A DNA stretch of 64,000 nucleotides from Anolis carolinensis (Eukaryota): positions 52,373,636 through 52,437,635 of the forward strand of contig NC_085841.1 in NCBI RefSeq assembly GCF_035594765.1, given 5' to 3'. A program made the translations under genes and the position numbers. A model generated the notes under the pieces. That model made no database searches. It had not been told where the DNA came from and worked only from the letters and a program-made list of their open reading frames with translations. Positions 1-12,719 of the stretch are shown in pieces. The first letter of the stretch is position 1, and every line of letters begins with the position of its first letter.

Positions 1-1402
1 TTCCATTCTACTCATTGCTTCTTCCTGGGAATTTATGTGACTCACCTTTTAGGGTTCTGAGCAGGATCACTAAAGGAAATACTGTAAAAACTTCAATAGG
101 GAAAATCAAATTTCTACTGAAGGTAGAGTTTCAAATTGATTCTACATCAAAAACAAAGGAAATTGCCTGCAGATTAAAAAAAAAGTATGGGGCAAAGACA
201 CTGTATTTTAGAATTGTGATTAATAGTTTCTTTTGATCAGTGGGGAAACTAATTAGCAGCATAACTCAATATTCCTGTCTAGAACATAGTAATAAGCTTC
301 CAGTTTCTCTCGGTAACAGTATCACTGGACAGAAAAGCACTGCAGCCAAATATCCTGCTTTGTCAGACAAGCTATCCATGATGATCTTGTTCAATAGACC
401 TTTGCCCTCACAAACCGAGATAAAGCTGTTTATTTTCTATTTTTGCTAATGAATCCTTTGTAGTTCTTCCTAATTTGTCCAAATGACTTGATGACTACTG
501 TTTTGGAGGTTCAGATGATATATGATATGAGAGCAACAGTCAGATGGCTAAAACTGGCATAAATCTGGAGGCTGTATTAACTTAGTTATTGTGATATAAA
601 TGAATATATTGTGTGGTTGCTGATCTGAAATAGGGCTGTCAGCCCTTCACCACTTGTGAGTACACACTTTCTCCAGAACAGCTTTTTCAGGTATGCTAGG
701 ACATATGCTGTCTGGGAATGATGGAAATAGTAGCCAGGTTGGGGAAGGTTGTTTTAGTATGTAGACACTCATGACTTGGGCAATTTGGAAAAATTAGGAT
801 ATACATATGGAACTAATATTTTTTGTTGTTTATATTTGTACTATACAAGTGTATGTGTGCACATATGCACATTTCTGTGGTGCTCATCATCCTTTTGCCA
901 TGTTGAATGTGCCAAGAAAAGGCCTATCACAAGCAAGGTGTCCTTCTTTTCAAAAGATGGTGTGTTTAACTGCAGTTTCTACCTTGAGTTTTAGATGTTA
1001 TTGTTCTAATAGGTTAGTATAAGAGTGCCCTCTAGTGATGACTATTTTATGGGCATCAAATACGACATGACATAACATGACTACCTTTTAAATTTAAAAT
1101 TGACCATGATTGATGGTAAAGCATGGGTAGATAGCAAATCCATTAAATAGATATTTAGGTGCTGATCACAAACATTGGAAAAATGGCCCATATGCAAATA
1201 CATAAATATATGTTGATAATCCACAACACTCAGCATTTTCTTTTCAAAAGAGAATATTATTGGGAGGAAAACCTAGTAGCTTCTCCACTTGCACTTACTG
1301 TATATGTTATAAATAAGGCTCTCCGTGTACATGGAAAAGCTGCTAGCCCACCCTCCCCCCCCAACCACAAGGAATATTCTCATTTGAAAAGAAAATGCTG
1401 AC

Positions 1403-1680
1403 TATTGAGTATTCCCTATCCAAAATGCTTGTGTCCAGAAGTGTTTTGGATTTAGGATTTTAAAATTTATTTTGGGATAAATTTATTTCAATATTCATGA
1501 CAATTTAGATATCTTGGAGATGGGGGCCCACACTAAACAAAAAATTCATTTATGTTCCATATACATTTTATACACATCACCTGAAGGTCATTTTATACAC
1601 AATATTTGTAAGAATCTTGTGCTCATATTTGAAAGCAATGTGTCACAATTTCAGCTTTGGATTTGGGAGTATTTTAGAGT
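1403..1680. mobile_element. Decayed Tigger/Tc1-mariner-like MITE fragment
   Basis: Starts TTGAGTATTCCCTATCCAAAATGCTT, resembling the TIR of the mini-copy at 5892-5965; right end not resolved. Confidence 0.4.
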
Positions 1681-2911
1681 ATCTTTTGGCACCCCTACCA
1701 TAGCCACACGGAAAAAAACCTCAAATAAGATTGTGTGCTGAAAACAGCTGCAGGAATTGGACCATACAATGATGTAGGTTTATGATCCCCTTTTCAGTGA
1801 GAAAAATGAAGTTCTGGTATGTTCCCTTCCTACCAATTTGTCAGACAAAACATATTTGTACCTGTTATTAACTACATAGGTGAACATAGTGATGCACAGT
1901 AGGTGCCTATATACTTTCCACTCCATGGGTAATAGTAGAAGAGAGGGACAGATTTGTGTTTATCATTTGATCTGATAGTGAAGGATTACATCTTTTCCCA
2001 TGCCAGCTTTGGGGCTTCATTGGATCTTCTCCCATCCTTGGATTTATCAATAAGATAATGGGGAGTTCTTATATAACTTAATACAATTTAGGACTACTGC
2101 AGGCTACATTTTTGTACATTATATATTACATTTTTATGCTTGAGATTAATAAAAGTGGATCTTTCTCGCTCTTTTGTCTCCTCCTTCCTCCACCTGAATT
2201 GCGTCTTAGGGGATTCTGGGAATTGTAGACCAAAATAACTTCCCCAAGCTCTAAGAAAACCTCGACAATATTATTAGTCAAATGGAGCAACCACATTTCT
2301 TTCCACTGGTGGAATAGCTCTGTAGAACCTTTATTCTTTATCCTGAACCATTTTTATTCTGAACTGACTTAGTGTTAATGAGCTTTCTAGATAGGTGTAG
2401 TAAAAACATTTATGATCTAAATATTTTTAAAAGGAATTTGTAGAATTTGTGATCTGGGAAACAATGAACAAAAGCACATTTATCTTTTTAATTTTGGGAA
2501 CAAACCATAGAATCATAGCGTTGGAAGAGACTCCAAGGGCTATCAGGTCAAACCCTTGCTCAAAGCAGGATCTCCAATTAATCGCCAACATTTAAAATCA
2601 CCACATCTATTAAAAAACCAATAGAATATGTATACATTAAGGAGACTTTTATTTCTAGAAAAAAAATTTATATTTTTTAGAAATCTATATTTTTTTCTAG
2701 GAAGAGAACAACCGCTAGAAGGACAGAAAGAAGACCCAAAATGGGGGTGGAATTCGGAAAAGAAATGGGGCAAAAAGGGATTAATGATCTTTTCATGGTT
2801 GAGAATTGGGTGGTGAGGGAAAAAAAACTTTTTTCTTATATTCTTTTCCAAGCTTCTAATGTTACAAATTCACAATACTAGGAATTTCATTTCCTATGTT
2901 CTGTTCCCTTG

Positions 2912-3493
2912 TCACAGTGATACCATCAAGAAAGAGACAGGCCAACATGGGCCTAAATCAAATTGATAGTCCTGACTTGAGTAGATCCGGGTTGTATCTA
3001 CACCAACAAAATATCTATTTCAGCAAAAATCTTCCAGTATCCAGATGGGCTGGGACTGCATCAACCGTGTTGAAACATTACCTCATCCCCAGTGCTTCTG
3101 TCACTTTGTACTGGCCATGGAGCTCAGCCCAAGCATCTGGCAGTTGCCTGTTACATCTGCTGATATCAGAAGTGGCACCCACGTGATCAGCAAAGACAAA
3201 TCACAGGACAACACACATTTTGGTGCTACAAATGTTGGTCCTGATTCTGGGTATATTTGACTTGCTGATTCTAAAATTGGCACCAGTTTCCCCGTCAGCT
3301 CTAGTTTTTGAGATTAGAACATATGCCATCAACCAGTCAACGTCTGCTTGCACATAGAAAATCATGATAACCATACTGAAGAAACTAGAGCTGATGCGGT
3401 CTATCCAATGCAATTTTCCAAATCAGTGCCCCAAATAATTCCAGGAACAAGTCTAAAAAACAAGACACTGTGATTTTGTTTTGGTTGGGCTCT
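2912..3493. mobile_element. Probable non-autonomous DNA transposon with internal inverted repeat
   Basis: Internal inverted pair TCAGCTCTAGTTT (~3295) / AAACTAGAGCTGA (~3382); ends GGGCTCTG followed by TA; left boundary approximate. Confidence 0.35.
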
Positions 3494-3952
3494 GTAATCA
3501 AATCCACAAAAGTTAAATCTGCAAATGTGGAGGGCCAACTGTCATCGATTCTACTTTATTTGCAATGACAGCATTCTATGGGACCTTGCAATTTTCCGTT
3601 TAAGGAGCAGCATTTAGAAATCTCATCCAGAAAACTCTTATGCACCACCAAAATACAAATCTAGGATTTTAGAGGATGCAACCATTTCAGGAAAAGTGGA
3701 ATCATAGTGCTGCATTTCTAAAGTGTGAAAGTGCCTATTCTACTGAATGCAGTGATGTCACAGGCCTGGAATGTTATTTCACATCCTGAGCTGGTGAAGA
3801 ACTTGGTCTGCTAGGCTGTCATGTGGCATACCAAGCTGGGCAAATCAAGTAATTATGAGCATTGGGATACAGTTTGGAAAACCTACTTTCATATTACAGT
3901 TACTTCATGACCTGTATTGACATCCCATACATCTGTGATCAAAATGGAAGTA

Positions 3953-4274
3953 CAGTAGAGTCTCACTTATCCAACACTCGCTTATCCAACATTCTGGATT
4001 ATCCAACGCATTTTGTAGTCAATGTTTTCAATATATCGTGATATTTTGGTGCTAAATTCGTAAATACAGTAATTACTACATAGCATTACTGCATATCGAA
4101 CTATTTTTTCTGCCAAATTTGTTGTCTAACATGATGTTTTGGTGCTTCATTTGTAAAATCATAACCTAATTTGATGTTTAATAGGCTTTTCCTTAATGCC
4201 TCCTTATTATCCAACATATTCGCTTATCCAACATTCTGCCGGCCCATTTATGTTGGATAAGTGAGACTCTACTG
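3953..4274. mobile_element. Tc1/mariner-type MITE (young)
   Basis: Perfect TIRs CAGTAGAGTCTCACTTATCCAAC / GTTGGATAAGTGAGACTCTACTG with TA on both sides; internal TTATCCAAC repeats. Confidence 0.92.
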
Positions 4275-5089
4275 TACCAAACAACTGCAAAGAAGATTAT
4301 AAACCCATTAAGGAAAATCATCATTGAACTATACATTGACTTTAAATCATGTGCTGTTACTTACCTTGTTTATGGCTTAACACAGCAGGTTAATAAGGAT
4401 GATGATAAGCTGACAGACTTCTGTAATACTGGAAAATGGATCATAAAAAAACCCTCAAGCCCTGTAATTAGTTATGGATATCCTGTTTGGGAATGATAGA
4501 AATAACTGTGTTACCACTAAAACCTTTTATTAAAATTCAAAAATAGATAGCTCAATGAATAGTAATGTCAGCTTTTCATTTAAACTGACAGATTAATGAA
4601 TCCTGCCAAACATCTCAATACATTTGCAATAAATTTTTCATGAGAGAACATGTCACTTGTATGACATGTTTGTGTAGGATGTACATAAAAACAGATGGCT
4701 TGTAATGAATTTAGCTCACTTGTGCATTGATATGTGAAATGAGGCTGCTGGATCGTTGGGTTGAGATTCACAGCTTGAGAAAGTTACTTTTTTGGACAAC
4801 AGTTCTCAGAATCCTCAAGGCTAACTTGGCCATTGGCTCTGAATTTGATAAGGTGAGCCAATAATTTGATCTCGTGTGTCATTGTACTGGACTCATCAAC
4901 GAAACTCAGTGCAAGCCATCTTTTTCTATATACATCCTACACAAACATGTCACAAGGGACAATGGAAACAAAGAAAGAAGGTTTTAAAAAGAGTTGCAGA
5001 GTTAGCATTTTGGTGATGCAGGTCTTGGAGCAGCAATTCACAGAATATTGGGCTGGGACAAGGAAAATCTTAGCAAGTGTACTCTGACA

Positions 5090-5128
5090 TCTATATCTAT
5101 CTTATCTGTCTATCTGTCTATCTGTCTG

Positions 5129-5187
<59 letters not shown>
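5090..5187. repeat. (TATC/TGTC)n microsatellite
   Basis: Visible tetranucleotide run. Confidence 0.95.
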
Positions 5188-5188
<1 letters not shown>

Positions 5189-5869
5189 ATAAAATGAAAA
5201 TATGTATGTATGTTTGTATGCAATTTTCAAGATGGCTCCTACTTCCAGAAAGCCCTGGGACTCTCACTAACAACAGATCTTGACCAAACTTGGCACACAG
5301 ACTCATCATAACCCATTTTAAACGCTTGGGTATGTGTGCGTGGGGTGGAGTCTAGATTATGTGAGTTGCAGTACACCTACATCTAGAGACCATCATAAAC
5401 CCCACCAATGATGGATTTGCACCAAACTTGGCTCACAGACCCCCATGACCAACTTCATGTACTGGTAGGGTTTGGGTCATAGACCCTGGATAAAGGGAGT
5501 GGCAATTCACCCACATTTAGAAACCACTGTAACCCCACCGATGAAGGATCTGGACTAAACCTGGCTTACATACCCATCATGACAAACTTTAAGTATTGGT
5601 GGGGATTGGAGGGAATTAATCCTGGATGTTGGGAGTGTTCTCCCACAATCAAAGAGCACTGTGAACATGACTGACAAAGAATTTGGACACATACCCAACA
5701 TGCCCAATTTTAACTGTAGGCAATGTTTAAGGGGGATGGGCCTGGAAGTGATAATCGACCTATATCCTTATGCATTTTCTAATGGGCCCATTCATAAAAT
5801 CAAAAACCAAACAATGACTTTTTCTAATAAACAGCATTACAAATTACCTTCACTAGGTACCAAAGCTAG
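5090..5869 (+). mobile_element. Probable non-autonomous Helitron with (TATC)n head and ~130-bp internal tandem units
   Basis: Begins A|TC (5089/5090), ends CTAG|T (5869/5870), no TSD; four diverged units of CCAAACTTGGCACACAGAC..CATGACCAACTT at ~5282, 5420, 5553, 5676. Confidence 0.55.
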
Positions 5870-5891
5870 TTTAAAATATAATGTTTCTATG

Positions 5892-5965
5892 CAAGTTGAG
5901 CATCCCTTATCTGGTTCCAAGCCTTTTGGATAAGGGATACTATTTATCCTGCATATTCAACTTGT
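5892..5965. mobile_element. Minimal Tigger-like MITE (mostly TIRs)
   Basis: CAAGTTGAGCATCCCTTATC ... GATAAGGGATAC ... TCAACTTG followed by TA. Confidence 0.5.
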
Positions 5966-7792
5966 ATATTTATTTATCAATCATATCAGTGGATTTGAGA
6001 TTAAACAATAGGCCATGCTTTACCCAAGAGAAGTGTACCTTATTAAGTGTCTGAATCCTTCTGGACTCGCATCATAAAATTAAAAATAACAAGTAGCATT
6101 TGGGAATGGCAAGACCCAGCTATATCATTGAGAGAGAATCTGTAGGCCTTCAGATGTTTCTAGACTACATATTTTCTCATTCCTGACCATTGACTGGGCT
6201 GACTGGAGCTGATGGAAGGCCACATATTTTTTACCCCCCAACCTAGGTTGGAACGGCAACTTTTGTAACAAGTAGTATGGCACTGAGGATGAATGAGTAG
6301 ATGCCACATACATTTATTGTGTGAAAATGGCCACCTTTGTTGTTTTTAGATTTGGATTCAACAATGGAGCTTGGCAAAGAAAACAGATCACCAAGGCAGG
6401 AACAAGAGAGTAATCTCTGCTATGGCAGATGCATTTCCAGCAGAACTCATATTAAAAACACTGCCTTTTTTCGAGTTTGAATATGACATTGCAGTTTTAC
6501 TGCACTCTCACTGTTTTTATTTTTGCGTATGACTCATGTTTTCTGTATTCCAGACTTAGGGACAGCTGCTATGTATTACCAGTTTTGCCTGTACTTATTT
6601 TAAAATAACCAAGAAACTATTTTTGCAAAAATTCTGGCTGCTTGTACTCTCCATAAAAAAATAACAATCACTGAAATGTTCTTTATTTTGGATGCAGCTT
6701 TTCTGAAAAACGGCTCCCTTTGCAATTTGTTCTCTAATAGTATTGGAGTGTTATATTCTTCATGTTCATGTATTATTTGTATTAGATACAGCTGCATTGT
6801 ACAAAATCTCATCATTTATTTCTTCACAAAGACAGTTGGTTTGAATTGCCATAGATAGTAGACGATAATCACATTCATATAATATGCTATTACATTTATG
6901 ACAATGCATGTAGTAGGGGAAAAATCTAATCTGACTTTCTCTCATTGCACATTCTATTATGACAGTCTTAAATCTTGACAATTACTATTTCTTGGACTAC
7001 TCATCCTTTTAGTTGAGGTTTTGCTGAAGTTTGTCACAGTCTTTTGTAGTGCTGGGTGAATTAAAAATCACTTTGGAACATTTTGCCACTTCACTGCTTG
7101 CTCTCTTTAAGTCAGGTCATTAATCAATATATTAAACCTTTAGCCATTGTGAAACTGGTTATTTAGTCATATGCTTTGCGGGGCTTTGCACTGAGCCATT
7201 ATTAAATGAAACTGTCCTTTTCAATCCTGCATACCGATCCAGCAATCTCTTGAAGATGCAGGAAGGCTCTGAAACATACCCATACAAATGACATTGCTTT
7301 TAAAAAATCCGATTTTAAAAACGAATATTATGGCATACCTCTTCATTTAGGTCAAAATTGGAAGCTATCCAGCAAAATTGGGATACAGCTCCCAGCATTC
7401 TTCACTTTTGGCAATGCTGGCTAGGCTAGCATAGGGAGTAGTAATCTGGCAATGTCTACAGGGCTGTATGATTCCTACTCTTAGTTAAATCTATTCATTC
7501 AGGCTCCTTTATGTATATGTGCAACTATATGGAAAGTATCCCTGCTGCTGTGATGGATATTGGACTGTGTCAGTCACTCTTCATGGTAGCCCCCAAATGT
7601 CAGGTGGCAGGGTTCTTGGAGATATTCTCATATTCTTAGCTTTTGTTTTGTTCTGACTTCTAGCTTTCTCCTTCAATTTTTTCTTTTTAATCTTACTTTC
7701 TTGTCTGATATTTGCTTTCTTGCTTCCTACTTTTGGTTTCATTCTGGCTTCTCTTTTGCTCCTCCTAGATCCAAATTGTCCTTTGTATCTAA

Positions 7793-7961
7793 GGACCTCA
7801 TCACATTAGAACTTGGATCCACTTTAAATCCACTTTAGGGAGGGGCCTTTAAACTGCTCAGCCAGACAGGTCCTGGACCCCACCAAACTACAAACCCCAG
7901 AAATCTGCAGGAGGCAGAAACTGGATTTAAAGTGGATCCATGCTCTGGTGTGATGAGGCAC
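7793..7961. mobile_element. PIF/Harbinger-like MITE
   Basis: Imperfect long TIRs (GGACCTCATCACA..GGATCCACTTTAAATCC / GGATTTAAAGTGGATCC..TGTGATGAGGCAC) with TAA on both sides. Confidence 0.8.
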
Positions 7962-9555
7962 TAACTCTCTTTTGGATCTTTACTTGTCCCATATATACCA
8001 GGTTTTAGCTCATGCCTATTCTCAATCTGCTGCTCATCGGACAGTCCTAATGTTAACAATACATTTTCCATGGATGTTGATGTTGCTCGTATAAGTTGTT
8101 AACTCAAGAGCTAAGAACATGGGCAGATTCTTTTGATAACCAAAAGCAGATTAGAAACAACTAGATATACACTTGTCAGCCACATTATTAAAGATGGACA
8201 CAAGAGTCTTCCAGACAAATGTGTCAAAAGGTTGTCTTATTTGTTGATGTACCTTTCCACATTTTTTTTTGAAAAAAAATGCAAATGATGTTCTGCCAAT
8301 TATGTAATATTTGGGGATATTTAACTTCCCGCTCTACATAATTCCAAAGTGTTTTGTTCCCACTTGAAGAATTCAAAGTTTAAAAAACACCCAATATCTT
8401 TCCATGGGTTACAGTGATTAAGGTGAAAGTTACCAGTTCTGAAACTCTTCATATTCTCTCTACAACTTTAGTGCTAAAACAATAAACTCTAATAGTGTTA
8501 TTTGTTCTGTTACAAAAAGATCACCCTCCCTTCATGTATATCATGTGATGGATATGAATGCAGGACACAATGAGGGAAAGGCTATGGAACATATCTGTGT
8601 CATGGGAAGCCTTAAAATGTAATGATCCATTTTGGGAGGGATAACTAGATTTCAGATGATTCTGCCCCTTTCCCACAGCTTGTGTGATGAGGTCCTAAGA
8701 TAGCATATCCTACTCACATCCTTGCTCTATTAACTGCATGTACTCAGCAGCCTAGGGCTTTCTATCAGACAGTTGACTTTAGCCTCTCACCTCCCTGTAC
8801 AGAATGCTTTTTCAAGTCTATCTACCATTCTGTGACTCTTGCCAAATTTATTCTAAAATCTAACATTTTAAAAAATTACTTTTTGAACTACCAGAATTCC
8901 CCAGATAGTCTATTTCTAATTGAAAAAAACTAACATTTTAACACTCTGCAAAAACCTCAGAGGAAAACATCCTAGATCACAAAGAAATAGTTGTGTTTTT
9001 CTCTTGCAGCATAAAAAAGTGGATGGGAATGGAAGGAAAAATATACAAATGTTTAAGACTAACTGGCATTGGCATCCTCCTCATCCTAGATCACCTGCAA
9101 TATATGTGGTACATTATAGTCAAATAGAAACTCCTCAAAGACACTGAAAGGATTACATTCCAGCTTTTATGGAGTGACCAGTAAGAGTAATCAGAAGAGA
9201 AAGCAATATTTACCAAGAACGAATACTTCCCATGCCCAAGCAGAAATTACAAACGGTAGAATAGTAAATCTATTCCAGGTTTCAGTCTGCATCTTAAAAG
9301 AGTTATCTAAGTTGCTGAAGGGAGGGATTAAATTCAGCACCCCAGACAACTTCTTTAACATGCAAACTGAAATCCTAGTGATTTAACCATCCTACTGATA
9401 GGGAAGCCCCTGGTTACTACGGGGCAAAATATAAATCACGAAGAGATAGGATTTTTTAACAGCTTCAGTTGTGATTATTTTCTTTCTTTTCCCATGCATA
9501 TTAAGACTGACACTTAACTGGCGAGACAGCATGATAGTGCTTTTAAAAAAAAGTA

Positions 9556-10164
9556 CAATGTTTTTCTGAAAATAAGATGTACCCATAAAATAAGCTGTAG
9601 CAGGACTTCTAAGCATTTGTGCAATATAAGTCCTACCCCAAAAATAAGACATAGTGATAGGCATGGCTATGCAGCGTACCAGTGTTGAGTGGTAAAGAAT
9701 GCAGCTGCCCCTTGCCTCTGCCATGGCCGTGACTGATTTACCATCTCACACCAGCATGTGTAAGGGAAGGGCACAAGGCACTCCGAAGTCTCACAAACGG
9801 AGGGAGCAGGAGCAGTGGCAAGCCCCGGTAAGGGGAAAAGATGCAAGAAGGCGAAGGGGGGTGGGACCTGTACAGGCCCGCCCCGCACCACAGTGCAGCT
9901 GCAGGGCTCCTCCCCAGATACCAGAGCGCTACTCACTGGGCTGCCTCTCTCGCTGTCACAAGGCTTGGGCGCCGCAACGTTCCCTCCCTCGCAGGAGCAG
10001 CAGCCCCCTCCGGATGGAGGGAGGCATCTGGCCATCATGCCGTCTGAGCGCTTGAGTACTGGCCATGGGTATAAAAATAAGATATCCCCTGAAATAAGCC
10101 ATAGTATGTCTTCTTGAGGAAAAATAAATATGTAAGACAGTGTTTTATTTTCGGGGAAACGCAG
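9556..10164. mobile_element. Tc1/mariner (Tigger-like) non-autonomous element with GC-rich core
   Basis: TA-flanked TIRs CAATGTTTTTCTGAAAATAAGA / TTTTATTTTCGGGGAAACGCAG; subterminal AAATAAG repeats; same TIR type as 62273-62691. Confidence 0.7.
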
Positions 10165-10199
10165 TAGATCTGTTTTTTGCATACTTGCTATTTTCATTA

Positions 10200-11340
10200 A
10201 GTTGACTTTGACTTATGGCAACACTGAATGAGAGATTTCTAAGAGGCCTGGTCATCAACAGCCATTCTCAGGTCTTGAAAACTCAGGATTGTGGTTTCCA
10301 TTTGTAAATATACTTGTAGTGCAGCTTCCATCTTTCTTGCTGCATTTCACCTTATTGTTTTCCTCCTCAATCAGTCATGTCATCTCATATGTCCAAAGTA
10401 TGACAGTTCAGTCATTTTGGCTTATAGCAGTGATTCCCAAAGTGGGTGCTACCGCCCCCTGGTGGGCGCTGCAGCGATCCAGGGGGGTGGTGATGGCACC
10501 TATTAGGACACAGGGGAAGGGCCAGGGGAGGGGCGGGGTCCCTTCCCAAGTGCCAGAGACAGGGCTGAGCACCTGTGGTGCCTGTTAGGACACAGGAGGT
10601 GGAGCTAGAGCAGTGGGTGTGGCTTCTTTTCAAGAGCCCGAGACAGGGCTGAGAATCTATACCTCTCCTGAGGTGCTTGTTAAGACACAGAGGGCGGAGC
10701 TAGGGAAGGGGGCGGGGCCTCCTTCCAAGATCCCGAGACAGGGCTAAGCCTCTATATACCTCCCCTGGGATGCTTGTTAGAACACAGGGGCGGGGTATAG
10801 AGGTTCAGGCACTTGGAAAGAGACCCCGCCCCCTCCTCTAGCCCTGTCCCCTGTGTCCTGGCAGGCGCCCCAGGACAGGGATAGAAGCTCAGCCCTGCCT
10901 CAGAGCTCGTAACTCCACCCATCCCAGTCCTGGCCACCCATTTGTGGCCCTGCCTACCTCCTCCTCCCAGCCCTGCATCTTGGACTAAGAGAGAGGCTCA
11001 GCCCCGCCCTCTTGAGCAGGAGCCATGGTCACCCCTCTAAGCCACACCCTTTTTTCCAGGCGGTGCTGAATAATATTTTTTCTGGAAAGGGGGTGGTAGG
11101 CCAAATAAGTTTGGGAACCACTGGCTTATAGGGAGACTTCAGGCCAGATTTGCTCTTGGATACATCAGTCATGTATTAATCTTTTTGTCAGTCTATAATA
11201 TCCATAAAACATTTCTCTTGCATCATATTTTAAATTATTTGATATTTTTCTGTTTGCTTTCTTCAGTGTCCAGTTTTCAAACACAGAAATCAGGAATACA
11301 ATGGCATGGATGACTTGACTTTGGTATCTAATGAAATATT
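10200..11340 (-). mobile_element. Old RTE/BovB-like LINE 3' fragment, split by the hAT element at 10428-11123
   Basis: Sequence either side of the hAT insertion reads through as a degraded RTE-like 3' region; no intact ORF; boundaries approximate. Confidence 0.4.
10428..11123. mobile_element. hAT non-autonomous element with internal ~90-bp GC-rich repeats
   Basis: TIRs CAGTGATTCCCAAA / TTTGGGAACCACTG; perfect 8-bp TSD GCTTATAG (10420-10427, 11124-11131). Confidence 0.92.
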
Positions 11341-12719
11341 TTCACACTTTTGCATGTGCGCCTGGTCTTTCTTTTTCCTTTAATGGTTTGCAATAATAGC
11401 CCCCTGTAGATACCACACTCAGAAGCTGACTACTGAAATATGTTCTCGACTGGAAACATCCCATGTGATCTCGAAGACTCACTCTCTTTTGCTCTCCTTA
11501 AATGGTACTTTGGCCTTTCAGAATCTAAAGAACAAATTGGTGTCCATGGAGAATTTTTGAGACACTGCCTTTTAAAAAAAATCAGACCTCCAACTGTTGC
11601 TTGTGGTATAATATTGTTAGTGCTTTGCTTTGGCAGTCCATCTTGATTTTTAGAAGAGAAAGAATATCAGGCTCACAGCAAAGGACTTTGGAATGTAAAA
11701 ATAGAGCCAAATCCTTCTGGATAGAATTAGAGATTTCTGAATAGGGACTACAGTTCTCTGTCATAATGTTGATGTTCTTATGCTTTCTGGCAGCTATTTA
11801 AGTATTCAAATTCTTTTCATGTTTCAGCTCTTTCTCCTTCTTCCTGAACTGAATGTATCACTTTAGTTATTCCTTATTGAGATTTTTGTCAGTCGATATA
11901 TTACACATTTTCTTTACTGATTTGCCCTTAGCATCTAACGTGTGTCAAGGTGTTTTATATATCTAATTAATTTTTATCTCCGTACTGATGTAATATATAT
12001 GGATCCATAATTCCCTGAACAACCCTTGCTGACTTTTGAGAGAGGAAAATGTGAATTTACCATTCTCAATTTTTATTTTAATGTGACGCTGCCTTTTTTA
12101 TAAAACGATTTCTCCCCAACTCTGTGCTATGTGTGATCACACATTATTTCAGCTAATGGACAAATGGCTATTTAAATTACTGATGTCTTCAGATGTTAAT
12201 ATATCCTTTTTAATACTTCACTTATTGGCTGTATTATCTTGATTCCTTGAAACCTGTAGCATGTTATCAAATATTTCTCTCATATGTTCCTGAAGTGAAA
12301 ACTGATAGATGAAAACTTTTAATTTGTTAACTTTCAGGTTTTTCTTGGTCTGATAAAATCAGTTCTACTTATTTCATATTAATTATTTTTTTAGACATTC
12401 AGAATTTTAATTTTTAGGATGTAAGAACATTTTCTTTATATTCTTTTGCTGTAGAATCTCTTGATGCCCCTGCCAGTTAATGAATTTTATTATTAGGCAT
12501 TGTATGTAATATTAAAGTCATTTGACAACCCATATCTTGATAACAAACTTGTAAGATGTAAAAATATGATTAGAACTTACAGTTGGGCAGCTGAGGTGGA
12601 AAAAAATGCTTAAGATTATGCCCAAGTATTCTAATCCAAGTGCTGCTTATGCACGTATGGAATTCTCCAACTGTAAGACAGAAGCCATGCATTTTAATGG
12701 ACACAACTAACTTTATTAA

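Noticed and set aside
5280-5720. Regularly spaced repeats resembling a CRISPR array
   Set aside because: Whole units are homologous with no unique spacers; eukaryotic context; no cas genes.
9667-10197. 176-aa minus ORF and overlapping plus ORFs
   Set aside because: Lie within the GC-rich core of a MITE; no recognisable domain.
11600-12550. Possible ancient LINE endonuclease region on the minus strand
   Set aside because: Only scattered motif-like fragments in uncertain order; needs a profile search.
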